This document shows, one piece after another, positions 30,905-40,262 of a stretch of 64,000 nucleotides of DNA. Source of the DNA: Alphaproteobacteria bacterium (GTDB taxonomy: Bacteria > Pseudomonadota > Alphaproteobacteria > UBA7887). The notes under the pieces are model-generated. The model made no database searches, had not been told where the DNA came from, and saw nothing but the letters and a program-made list of their open reading frames with translations. The stretch spans positions 4,416,001 to 4,480,000 of the forward strand of contig CBDCGL010000011.1 of the NCBI GenBank assembly GCA_965216755.1, in the 5' to 3' direction. Made by a program: the position numbers and the translations under genes. Each line of letters opens with the position of its first letter. Within the stretch, counting starts at the first letter, position 1.

Positions 30905-31284
30905 GGGGCTTTCAGGTCGCTATGACACGGGTATTGTTCGCCGGGATCGCCGTGACGGCACTGAGCGGCGCGCCCGTGCTGGCGCAAGACGATGCGGCTT
31001 TTGTTGGGCCGTCGACGGAAGGCTTCGTGCGCAATCAGAAAGGGATCTTCGACTTCGACGACGATGGCGAGCCGGAGACCTTCGCGCAAGGCTTCACCAA
31101 TCGTGCCGGCGACCAGCTGATCGAGTACGCGGCGCTGGGCGGAATCATATGGGCTGTGTTGTTCAAATCCGCCGGATCCGATGAGAGCTATGTGCTCAGC
31201 GACACGGACTGCGACGGCAGGTTCGACCAGCGCGCGCCGATCTCTGAAGGAGTCGTCCGACCAAGCTGTCTCGATAGTCATTGA
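30901..31284 (+). CDS. Hypothetical exported protein with two DxDxDG motifs
   Basis: ATGA overlap with the VOC stop; signal peptide ending VLA-QDD; DFDDDG and DTDCDG. Confidence 0.6.
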   Translation: MRGFQVAMTRVLFAGIAVTALSGAPVLAQDDAAFVGPSTEGFVRNQKGIFDFDDDGEPETFAQGFTNRAGDQLIEYAALGGIIWAVLFKSAGSDESYVLSDTDCDGRFDQRAPISEGVVRPSCLDSH

Positions 31285-31335
31285 GGCCGCGCCCGACGCG
31301 GTCCCGGCCGTGCGGTGTAATAAGTAACCTGGCGC

Positions 31336-32547
31336 TTATTCCGCCATGGCGGGGGCGGTTCTTGGCTGGCGCCCGGGCAAGAGCGTGGCGGCCAACGTAA
31401 TCGCGGCGGCGAGCCCGGCAAGGATCAAGAACAGTCCATAGAATCCGTATGAGCTTGTTTGCATAAGCGCCACTAAATAAATACCAATCGGCGCAGCACC
31501 AAAGGCGATCACGAACTTGACCCCAAACATCAAGCCTTGTCGATGTGAGGGCGTATTGCGTGCCAGCAGCATGTTCTCGGCCGCCATCGTGGTGGCATTG
31601 GTGGCCAACACCGTCGTGACCAGGCCGACCAAAAGTGGCCCCCCATATAAGGCTGCCAACCACAAGAACGGAACCTGGACCAACCAACCAAGCAGATAGA
31701 CCTGCTTCAGCGGATAGCGATCGGCCAAATGGCCGCCAATCAATTGGGTTGCGCCGGCGATCGCATAGACGACCGCGACCGCCGCGCCGACCCCGAAGAT
31801 GCCTGTACCGAACAAGTCTTCAAGCCGTTCATCGAAGATCTTCGGCATGGCGGTTTGCATTGACTGATAGATTAATCCCCCCGCGGCCATCGCGAACATG
31901 AGCACCAACAGGACCCGCCAGCGTTCGCTGCGCGCGGCAGCAGCTTGCGCGGCGGATTCGCGCGCGACCGCCGGACCTTCTGCCAGTCGACCCGTCGCCC
32001 AGGCGAAGGCCATCATCAGGCCGGTTGCAATGCTGATGAGACCGGGCGCGATAAACGCCGCACGCCAGCCGGCTAAATCGATCAAGGCACCGGCCACCAA
32101 AGCCGCGCTGGCGATTCCGGCCGCGCCGAAAATACCGTTTAGCGCCAAAAGTTTGCCGGTGACATGCGGGGGCGCATTGCGAATCAACCAGGGCAGTCCG
32201 ACCGGATGATAAACGGCGGCAAACAGGCCGATGCCGGCCAAGGCGACCAGCAGGCTGGTGGCGTTGTTGCAAAAGCCGGCGATCACCGACATCGCGCCCA
32301 TGCCGATAAACAGCACGATCATCATCGGGATCGCGCCCATGCGGTCAGCCAGCCAGCCGGCCGGCAAGGCGCCGGCGCCTACAATGATCGCGGCCGGTGT
32401 CCACAACGCCAACAGTTCGGCGTAGCTCAACGGCCAGGCGCGATCCAACGCCAGTACCACGGTGAAGTAAAAGGCCGTGAACAGATGCGTGTAGGTGTGT
32501 CCGACGCTTGAGAACCCAAGCGCCAGTTTGGCCGGGCCTGCGATCAT
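31336..32547 (-). CDS. MFS transporter
   Basis: About 12 TM helices; GWLADRMG and GHLADRYP MFS motif A; YHP. Confidence 0.9.
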   Translation of the reverse strand: MIAGPAKLALGFSSVGHTYTHLFTAFYFTVVLALDRAWPLSYAELLALWTPAAIIVGAGALPAGWLADRMGAIPMMIVLFIGMGAMSVIAGFCNNATSLLVALAGIGLFAAVYHPVGLPWLIRNAPPHVTGKLLALNGIFGAAGIASAALVAGALIDLAGWRAAFIAPGLISIATGLMMAFAWATGRLAEGPAVARESAAQAAAARSERWRVLLVLMFAMAAGGLIYQSMQTAMPKIFDERLEDLFGTGIFGVGAAVAVVYAIAGATQLIGGHLADRYPLKQVYLLGWLVQVPFLWLAALYGGPLLVGLVTTVLATNATTMAAENMLLARNTPSHRQGLMFGVKFVIAFGAAPIGIYLVALMQTSSYGFYGLFLILAGLAAAITLAATLLPGRQPRTAPAMAE

Positions 32548-32628
32548 ATGCTATTCCCTGGGCGCGAGATGTGGGCGCCAGCCTTGTTATCTTGCCGTTC
32601 CGTCGGCTGTGCGGCAAGCACCGACGAG

Positions 32629-32964
32629 TCAATCGGTGGTGCGGCGAAAGCCATAAGCGCGCTCAACCCGCGCCACGCGCAGTTCAAACGCTTGGTACCA
32701 GCGCGCGCGGCCCAACTTTTGCGCCACGGCGTGCTCGGCATTGGCGCGCCAGGCGCCGATGGAGTCGAGATCGCGCCAATAGGAAACCGTGATGCCGATC
32801 GCGCCGCGGGCGGTCTCGATACCAAGGAACCCGTCTTGACGTTGGGCGAGGGCGACCATGGCCTCGGCCATGTTGGCATAACCGTCTTGGTCGTCGACGT
32901 TGGCTTTGCTGGAAAAAATCACCGCGTAATACGGCGGTTCGGGGGTTGTTGCCAAACCGATCAT
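32629..32964 (-). CDS. Antibiotic biosynthesis monooxygenase (ABM) family protein
   Basis: PPYYAVIF, GFLG.E.AR...GITVSYW, H..AQ..GR..WY, RVARVER; RBS GAGAGG. Confidence 0.9.
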   Translation of the reverse strand: MIGLATTPEPPYYAVIFSSKANVDDQDGYANMAEAMVALAQRQDGFLGIETARGAIGITVSYWRDLDSIGAWRANAEHAVAQKLGRARWYQAFELRVARVERAYGFRRTTD

Positions 32965-32980
32965 GCGTCCTCTCACTCAG

Positions 32981-34765
32981 TCACAGCGGCCAGACGATAC
33001 TGATCATCGGTACGGCGACCGCGACAATGAGTATTTCCAGGGGCAGACCCATGCGCCAATAGTCGCCGAAATGATAGCCGCCGGGGCCCATGATTAGGGC
33101 GTTGTTCTGGTGGCCAATGGGGGTCAGGAACGCGCATGACGCACCAACCGCCACGGCCATCAGAAATGCGTCGGGATTGCTGCCGAGATTCTCGGCGATG
33201 CGCAGCGAAATCGGCGCCATCACCACGGCTGTGGCGGCATTGTTCAAAATGTCGCTGAGGGTCATTGTAACAATCAGGATCAGGGCCATTAAGACAATCG
33301 CGGGCGCGCCGGCCGACGCCGCCAAAATGGCCTCGGCAATCAATTCGGTGCCACCGGTCGCTTCCAGCGCTTGACCGACCGGTATCAGCCCGCCCAGCAG
33401 CACGATCACCGGCCAATCGACGCCGTCATAAAGCTCGCGGGGATTAATCACGTCGGCGATCACCATGGCCAACACAGCCAAGCCAAGGGCCACGGCCATA
33501 GACAAAAACCCAAATGATGTGGCCACGATGGCGGCCGCGAAAAAAGCGACGGCCAGGATTGTCTTGCGGCCGCGTCGACCATAAGCCAGACCACGTTGGG
33601 CGAGCGGCAGACAACCAAGCCGACTGACCGCGTCGGCCAATTCGTCGCTTTCGCCGTGCAGCAGCATCACATCGCCGACGCGAAATCGAAACGCTTTGAG
33701 GCGGCCGCGATAGGGCCGACCCTGGCGGGCGACGCCGAGCAGATTTACATCGTAGCGGCGCGCGAACCGCATCGATTCCACGGTTCGCCCCTCTAAGCGC
33801 GATTCGCGAGTCACGACCGCTTCGACAAGACCCGTGTCATTTGTCGTCAGCAGGCCTTTGTCCGGTTTTTTCGTGCCAACGATCTCTAGATTGAGCGCCG
33901 ACACGATTTTGTCGATTTCTTCCGGACCGGCTTCGATGATCAGAATGTCGCGGCTACGCAGAGTCTCCTGATGAGGAATGGTGGCGTAACGTTTGCGGCC
34001 TCGGATCAGGCCGATCAATTGGGCCGACTCGCTTTCCATCAGCGCCTCGACTTCCGACGCCGTCTTGCCGACCGCCTTGCCGCCTTTCACCACGCGCGCT
34101 TCCGTGACATAGCCTTCGATGTCGATGACATCACCGGCCGATCCACGCGGCGGCGTGCGCACCGGTATGAGTCGCCAACCGATCAGGGCGACGAACAAAA
34201 CACCGACCAATGCCACGGCAAGCCCGACCGGCGTGAAATCGAACATTTGAAACGGTTCGCCGAGCCGCTCACCGCGAATGCCGGCCACAATGATATTCGG
34301 CGGCGTGCCGATCACGGTAACCAGCCCCCCTAATATGGAGGCAAATGCCAGGGGCATCAGGACGACGCCCGCGGCGCGTTGTGCCTTGGCCGCCGTTTGC
34401 AGCGCAATCGGCATCAGCAATCCCAGTGCGCCGACATTGTTCATGAACCCTGACATGGCCGTTGCCGGCACCGACAACGCACCGATATGCGCACCCGCGC
34501 TGCCGGTGAAGGGGGCGATGCGTTTGGCGATGACATCAGTGGCGCCGGTGTCGGCGAGGGCCCGACTAATCACCAATACCGCGGCCACCGTGATCGTGGC
34601 AGGGTGACCAAATCCCGCGAAAGCGTCCACGGCAGGGACCAGGCCGACAATGACGGCCGCAAACAATGCTGCCAGAGCCACCAGGTCGTAGCGCCATCGG
34701 CCCCATATGAAGAGGCCGAAGGCACAGCCCAAAATGCCAAATATGAATGCTTGATCTAACGTCAT
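32981..34765 (-). CDS. SLC13/CitMHS family permease with two TrkA-C domains
   Basis: RYDLVA, GFGHPA, FMNNVGA, IGTPPNII, two TrkA-C repeats, NNAATAV, TPIGHQNN. Confidence 0.92.
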   Translation of the reverse strand: MTLDQAFIFGILGCAFGLFIWGRWRYDLVALAALFAAVIVGLVPAVDAFAGFGHPATITVAAVLVISRALADTGATDVIAKRIAPFTGSAGAHIGALSVPATAMSGFMNNVGALGLLMPIALQTAAKAQRAAGVVLMPLAFASILGGLVTVIGTPPNIIVAGIRGERLGEPFQMFDFTPVGLAVALVGVLFVALIGWRLIPVRTPPRGSAGDVIDIEGYVTEARVVKGGKAVGKTASEVEALMESESAQLIGLIRGRKRYATIPHQETLRSRDILIIEAGPEEIDKIVSALNLEIVGTKKPDKGLLTTNDTGLVEAVVTRESRLEGRTVESMRFARRYDVNLLGVARQGRPYRGRLKAFRFRVGDVMLLHGESDELADAVSRLGCLPLAQRGLAYGRRGRKTILAVAFFAAAIVATSFGFLSMAVALGLAVLAMVIADVINPRELYDGVDWPVIVLLGGLIPVGQALEATGGTELIAEAILAASAGAPAIVLMALILIVTMTLSDILNNAATAVVMAPISLRIAENLGSNPDAFLMAVAVGASCAFLTPIGHQNNALIMGPGGYHFGDYWRMGLPLEILIVAVAVPMISIVWPL

Positions 34766-35015
34766 GGAGGCCGCGTCATTGTGCCCGCGAGCGTGTGGGC
34801 GGGCAGACTAGAGCAGTATCGGACAATATTGAACCATTGTGCCGGTGATAGCGGAATTGGTACATTCAAGTGGGCCGGGCCCTCAGTGCAGGGGAACGGC
34901 TTGGTTGCGGTCAATCGCTGTTCGGCCATAATTGGTTACGGATTCTCGCGTCGGCGGGGGAGATGCGCGGCAGGCCCGCCGGCCGTTGCCATCTGATGGA
35001 TCTAGGTGAACCGCC

Positions 35016-36967
35016 ATGTCGCCAGAAAAGGTGCAACCAAAACTCGCGGTCATTTTGTGCGCCGAGATCATCGGCTACGACCGGTTGAACAAAGATGACG
35101 CCGATCGGACCGGGGCCACGATCGCGCGTTACCACGACATGGTGGAACGGCGTTTGGCGGCCCGTGGTGGCGCGGTTATACGCAAAGCGGCAGACGAAAT
35201 GGTCATGCGATTTGCCAGCGCCGTCGACGCCCTGCGCACGGCAGTCGCAATCCAGGCCGATTTAACGGAATCCAATGCCGCGCTGCCCAGTCACCGTCGC
35301 CTCCATGTGCGCATGGGGGCCGATCTGGGCGAAGTCAGCGAGGCCGGCGATGGCGGGCTTGCAGGTCCACCTTTGGCGGTCGCCACCCGACTGATGTCGT
35401 TTTCCGCGGACGAAGCGATATGTGTGTCGGAAGCGCTCGTCGCCCAATCGCGTCGCGATCTCTATCTGACTTTCGAGTTCCTTACGGCCCTGTCCATAGC
35501 GGGTATTGATAGACCGGTCAATGTTTACCGGATCACCACGGGTATTGCGCGTCCGGCAACACCAGGCGCGCATGCGTCGCGGCGGATGTCGGCCGTGGGG
35601 TTTGGCGCGATCGCTGCCGTTATGACACTCTTGGCGGCAGCTGGCGTATGGCTGTGGTGGACCCAGCAGGGTGCGGTGAACGTAACCGCACCGGCGCCGG
35701 CGCTCGATCAACAGACAAACGAGCACGCGGACGCGGATGATCCCGTATTCGCTATGCCGAGTGGGCCATCGATCGCCGTATTGCCGTTCGTCAACCACAG
35801 TGGCGATCCCGACCAGGCCTATTTTGCCAGCGGACTGGCTGTGGATATCACCACACGCTTGTCGCGCTATCCGGAACTGCGCGTGATCACAGGCCGCGCC
35901 GGCTCACAGTTTGACACGCCGCTGGCCATAGATCGGAATATGGCGAGCCAAATCGGCGCGCGGTTTTTACTGGAAGGCGGCGTACGCAAGAGCCGAGACG
36001 ATGTGCGGGTCACGGTGACGTTGGTCGACGGTACCAGTGGCGAGACTCTGTGGGGCGAGACCTATGAAAGGGCGCTCACCGCGGCCAACTTGTTCGCCGT
36101 CCAAGACGATATCACCGAGCGTGTGGTCGCCGTGGTTGCCGATGTGCATGGCATGATTCGCAAGGTGCAGCTTGAGGAATCGCTAAAACGCTACGTGGAC
36201 AACCTGGCTGCGTTCGATTGTGTCTTGCGGGCCAACGCCTACTACCATGTGTTGACCGAAGACGAACACGGGCGGGCGCGCGACTGCCTCGAACAAGCTA
36301 TTCAAGATGAGCCGGACTATGTCGAAGCTTGGTCTTTGCTGGCATCCATCTATGTCGACGAACATTCTCTCGGCTTCAATCCCCGCGCGGATTCGCTGAC
36401 GAGGGCGGTCGACGCAGCCCGCAAGGCCGTGTCTTTGGATCCGAACAGTCAGCTTGGTCACTATATGCTTGCTCATGCATATTTTATCCGCCGGGAGATG
36501 AATGCGTTTCGCACGTCATCGGCGCGCATTGAAGCTCAATCCGAACAATACCGATGTCTTGGCAAATGTTGGCATGGAGCTCGCCTATAGTGGCGACTGG
36601 GCCCGGGGTATCGCGTTGGTTGAGAAAGCGCGCACGCTCAATCCATTTTTATCCCAGCTGGTATTATTTTCCCCTGTTGCTGGATGATTATCGCAAGGGC
36701 GACGACCAGGCCGCGCTGGCAGATGCGTTGAAACTCGATACGCCGGAGTTCTATTGGACTCAGATCATGTTGGCGCAGATTTATGGTCAACTCGGCGAGA
36801 CGGGGGCGGCGCGCGAAGCCGTCGACAAATTGGCCGTGCTGTATCCCGGTTTCAGCCTTGACGCCGCGCGCGACGAATATCGCGTTTGGAATATTTCCGA
36901 TGAGCTGATCGGGCGAGCCTTGGACGGCTTGCGCAAAGCGGGCGTGCCGGAAGGCACGTGGAATTGA
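35016..36967 (+). pseudogene. Class III cyclase-like/TM/TolB-like/TPR protein, split by two frameshifts (~36521-36528 and ~36646-36650)
   Basis: Cyclase-like N-terminus, TM helix, PSIAVLPF.N.SGD. The TPR region continues across ORFs 35016-36590, 36502-36687 (RALKLNPNNTDVLA) and 36554-36967 (YPSWYY...GLRKAG). Confidence 0.8.
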
Positions 36968-36982
36968 CATTCTCGAGGGCAT

Positions 36983-38869
36983 ATGCGCGAAGATTCTCAC
37001 AGACGCCTTGCGGCAATCATGGCCGCCGATGTTGCTGGCTATTCGCGCCTGATGGGGGATGACGAGGCCGCAACGGTTGCTACGCTGACGGACTATCGGG
37101 CGGTTTTCGCGGATCATGTGGTTCGGCATCGCGGCCGGGTGGTCGACAACGCCGGTGATAGCGTCTTGGCTGCGTTCGACAGTGTGGTCGAGGCAGTGCA
37201 GTGCGCGCTTGCCGTACAAGATGATCTTGCCGCGCGCAACAAGAGCTTGCCCGAAGTACGCCAAATGCATTTTCGTATCGGTGTCAACTTGGGCGATGTT
37301 ATTGCCAAACCTGATGGCACTGTTTACGGCGATGGGGTCAATGTTGCGGCGCGGCTCGAGAGTCTGGCACCGCCCGGGGGCGTCATGGTCGCCGACATTG
37401 CGCGACGCGCCGTCGGTGATAAGCTCGCGGTTCATTTCCATGACGCCGGCCGCCACGCGGTGAAGAATATCGCTGAGCCGGTGCATGCATTTCGCGTTAG
37501 CGATCAGGCCTCAGGTCCGGCTCCGGGCGCTGGCGATCGACGCACCAAGATGTTTGTCATCGGATTTGTCCTTGTGCTCGTCGCCTTTGCCGGCGCCGTC
37601 GGGATCAGTAAATGGCGCGAGTCGCATCGCGATGCGGCAACCATCGCAACGGATATGGCGTTGGACCCGACCGTCAGCTCACGGTCCGATCCGTCGATCG
37701 CCGTGCTGCCGTTCGATAATCTTTCGGGAGACCCAGAGCAGGACTATTTTGCCGACGGCATCACGGAAGATCTGATCACGGATCTGTCAAAGTTGCCGGG
37801 ATTGTTTGTGGTCGCGCGCAATTCGGCATTTGCTTACAAGAATCGCGCTACCGACGTACGCCAGATCGCCCGCGAGCTCGGCGTGCGTTATGTGCTCGAA
37901 GGCAGTGTGCGCAAGGCAGACCGTCGGGTCAGGATCAACGCGCAGTTGGCCGATGCCGACAGCGGTGGTCACGTTTGGGCCGAACGGTACGACCGTGAGC
38001 TCAACGACATCTTCGCGCTCCAAGATGAAATCGGCCAAGAGATTGTCGATGCTCTACACATTACTTTGGACGAAGGCGCCATCGCCCGCTTGGCCCACAA
38101 AGAAACAGAGAGTCCGGCGGCCTACGATGCCTATCTGCGGGCGCGGGCCTATCTTTTCAGTTTTTCACAACAAGGCATTAGCGAAGCGCGAAGATTGGCG
38201 GAACAGGCCGTCGAACGCGATCCAAATTACGCGCGCGCCTTTGCACTACTCAGTATCATCCATTTTGTTGCCTGGGAGTTTCAGTGGCTTTCAGAATCTG
38301 ACCTCTTACAAAAGGCCATCGAATTCGGCCAGCGTGCGGTTAACCTTGACGATGGTATGGCCGAGGGCCACACCTGGCTCGGCTGGGCATTGCTGTGGAA
38401 CAAGGAGCATGATCGGGCGCTTGCGGCGCTTGAGCGTGCCGTCTCGTTAGAGCCAAATTTTGTTTATGGGCTAGCCATGTTGGGGGAAGCCCTGAACTTT
38501 AACGGCCAGCCGGAACGGGCCATGGCTTTCCTTCAAAAGGCCATTCGGCTCGATCCGCACTACGATTCTAGCATCGTCCATGACCTTGGTCATGCGTACT
38601 TCCTTTTGGGCCGACATGACGAGGCCGTTGAGGCCTACCAAGACGCACTTGCGCGCGGCCCCAATTTCATGCCGGCCCATAGGGGGCTCGCAGCGACATA
38701 TGCGGAGCTGGGCGACACCGAACGCGCCAAGGCTGCCGTCATTGAGTTGCTCCGCATCAATCCGCGAGCGTCATTGGCCGTATGGATGGAAAGACTGCCA
38801 TACCGAGACGAAGCCACTTTGACGCGCCTTATTGCCGCCCTCGGCGACGCCGGCATCCCAGCACAATAG
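36983..38869 (+). CDS. Adenylate/guanylate cyclase-domain protein with TM helix, TolB-like domain and TPR repeats
   Basis: RRLAAIMAADVAGYSRLM, AGDSVLA.F, FRIGVNLGDV, YGDGVNVAARLE, KNI..PV, PSIAVLPFDNLSGDPEQDYFADG, TPRs. Confidence 0.93.
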   Translation: MREDSHRRLAAIMAADVAGYSRLMGDDEAATVATLTDYRAVFADHVVRHRGRVVDNAGDSVLAAFDSVVEAVQCALAVQDDLAARNKSLPEVRQMHFRIGVNLGDVIAKPDGTVYGDGVNVAARLESLAPPGGVMVADIARRAVGDKLAVHFHDAGRHAVKNIAEPVHAFRVSDQASGPAPGAGDRRTKMFVIGFVLVLVAFAGAVGISKWRESHRDAATIATDMALDPTVSSRSDPSIAVLPFDNLSGDPEQDYFADGITEDLITDLSKLPGLFVVARNSAFAYKNRATDVRQIARELGVRYVLEGSVRKADRRVRINAQLADADSGGHVWAERYDRELNDIFALQDEIGQEIVDALHITLDEGAIARLAHKETESPAAYDAYLRARAYLFSFSQQGISEARRLAEQAVERDPNYARAFALLSIIHFVAWEFQWLSESDLLQKAIEFGQRAVNLDDGMAEGHTWLGWALLWNKEHDRALAALERAVSLEPNFVYGLAMLGEALNFNGQPERAMAFLQKAIRLDPHYDSSIVHDLGHAYFLLGRHDEAVEAYQDALARGPNFMPAHRGLAATYAELGDTERAKAAVIELLRINPRASLAVWMERLPYRDEATLTRLIAALGDAGIPAQ

Positions 38870-39000
38870 AATCAGAGCTTGTTGACAAAAAGCATCCCCT
38901 CATCAGCGAGGTTCAACTTGAAGTATGCGTTTCAGGAGGCGTTCTTGGCGTCGGCCTGACCTGCTGGCGATGCCAGCCGCGAGGCACTTCTTCTGCACGC

Positions 39001-39170
39001 AATCCTGCCGATTGCGACTATTGCGCCCCTGAGAACCGCAAACGGATCGAGCGCGTTTTCAACCGTCTCATACCGCCCCGCCGCCTTGCCACGCGCTACG
39101 ACGATTACGCGAAACCCTTCTTTGGCTGCCTATAGCTTGCCGTCGAAATGCTGCAGTTATGCGACTTGCA
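39001..39170 (+). mobile_element. IS5-family transposase relic (C-terminal fragment)
   Basis: NRKRIERVFNRL...RRLATRYD...FFGCL*LA matches the IS5/IS427-group C-terminal signature R.RIER.FN.LK.FRR.ATRYD; contains a stop and has no N-terminus. Confidence 0.7.
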
Positions 39171-39927
39171 GTAGGTCGTTTGGGAGGAACTGATATGTGC
39201 GTTCGTCCGGTCAAATGCGCGTTCCGCGGCGGCGGCGTTGCAGGGGTCGGACTGGGCAGTATCCGCAAACCAGTGGCGAGTTTCTCGATAGTCAATAGCC
39301 GTATACGCGCATTTTGCTTTGAATAATACACGTTCCATGTTTCGTCTCGCCGACTTACTCACCCACGGATCATTTTCAGCAAAGTGGGCCAGGAACGATG
39401 CCTTGTTTTGCGCAAGACATCCCGCTCGCGCGGCGTAGTACAGAATGTTGATCGAACTGGCAGCTAAAGCCGACACTACTAACTGTCTGCGTTTGGCCGC
39501 GGCCGAACGTCAGTAGTTCGTCGATGTTTGAAATGAGCGACTTGTACATTGGCACCTTGCGCGGCATCCGGCGCAAATGCTCAGCTTCCGCATCATGTGA
39601 AGCGGTTCGGCCACTGAAAAGATCGCTCAAACCGGCCGCAAATCCCTGTCCGGACAGTTGGTCGGCAAAACCGTAAAAGGACTGAGCCAATCGCCGCCAT
39701 GAATGGATGACTAAACCGAACCAACCGGCGACCTTACATTGCAGATGATTTTTATCGCAAGTTTGCCGGTGGTGCTCAGGACCGGGTTCGCGAGGAACTA
39801 CAAACCTGCTGGCACCCCTTGTCAACGGGGACAGGAACAATATCCAATTCACTGCGCATCACTCTCGCTGCAGGGTACCGATGGTACATAGCGGCGATGT
39901 GATTAGGTGGATCGTCCGTTTAACGTC

Positions 39928-39970
39928 AAACACAAAACCCCGCGGGCTATTCAGAGCCGCTGCGGGGTTT
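39928..39970 (-). terminator. Rho-independent terminator
   Basis: AAACCCCGC...GCGGGGTTT stem with inner GGCT/AGCC, followed by TGTGTTT on the minus strand. Confidence 0.7.
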
Positions 39971-40157
39971 CAATAGGGCGATCACCCAATTAGCTCGCTT
40001 GTTCAAGCGAACATTACCACTCAAACGTGGTCATAAGAACGTATGACACACTATTCCGTCGGGCGGTTGCATGGTTTTTAAGCACCCTCCTTGCAACAAG
40101 TCGTCAGATCAGAATAAGAAGTGTTTCCTATACGCATCCCCTATTTCATCGCAACTA
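39928..40157 (-). ncRNA. Candidate multi-hairpin small RNA (~230 nt)
   Basis: Upstream sigma70-like promoter, four adjacent hairpins (40047-40030, 40031-40016, 40012-39993, 39991-39972), terminator 39970-39928; G-U pairs valid on the minus strand; no long ORF. Confidence 0.55.
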
Positions 40158-40161
40158 AGTA

Positions 40162-40190
40162 ATTTTGATCATCACCAAACGATTCGTCAA
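40162..40190 (-). promoter_or_regulatory. Putative sigma70 promoter
   Basis: Minus strand TTGACG (40190-40185), 17-nt spacer, CAAAAT (40167-40162). Confidence 0.55.
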
Positions 40191-40262
40191 GTATTTTCAT
40201 GCGCCATCGTAGTACACAGGATGTTATTTGTGGCGTAAAGGTTTGTGCACCAACGAAAAGAC

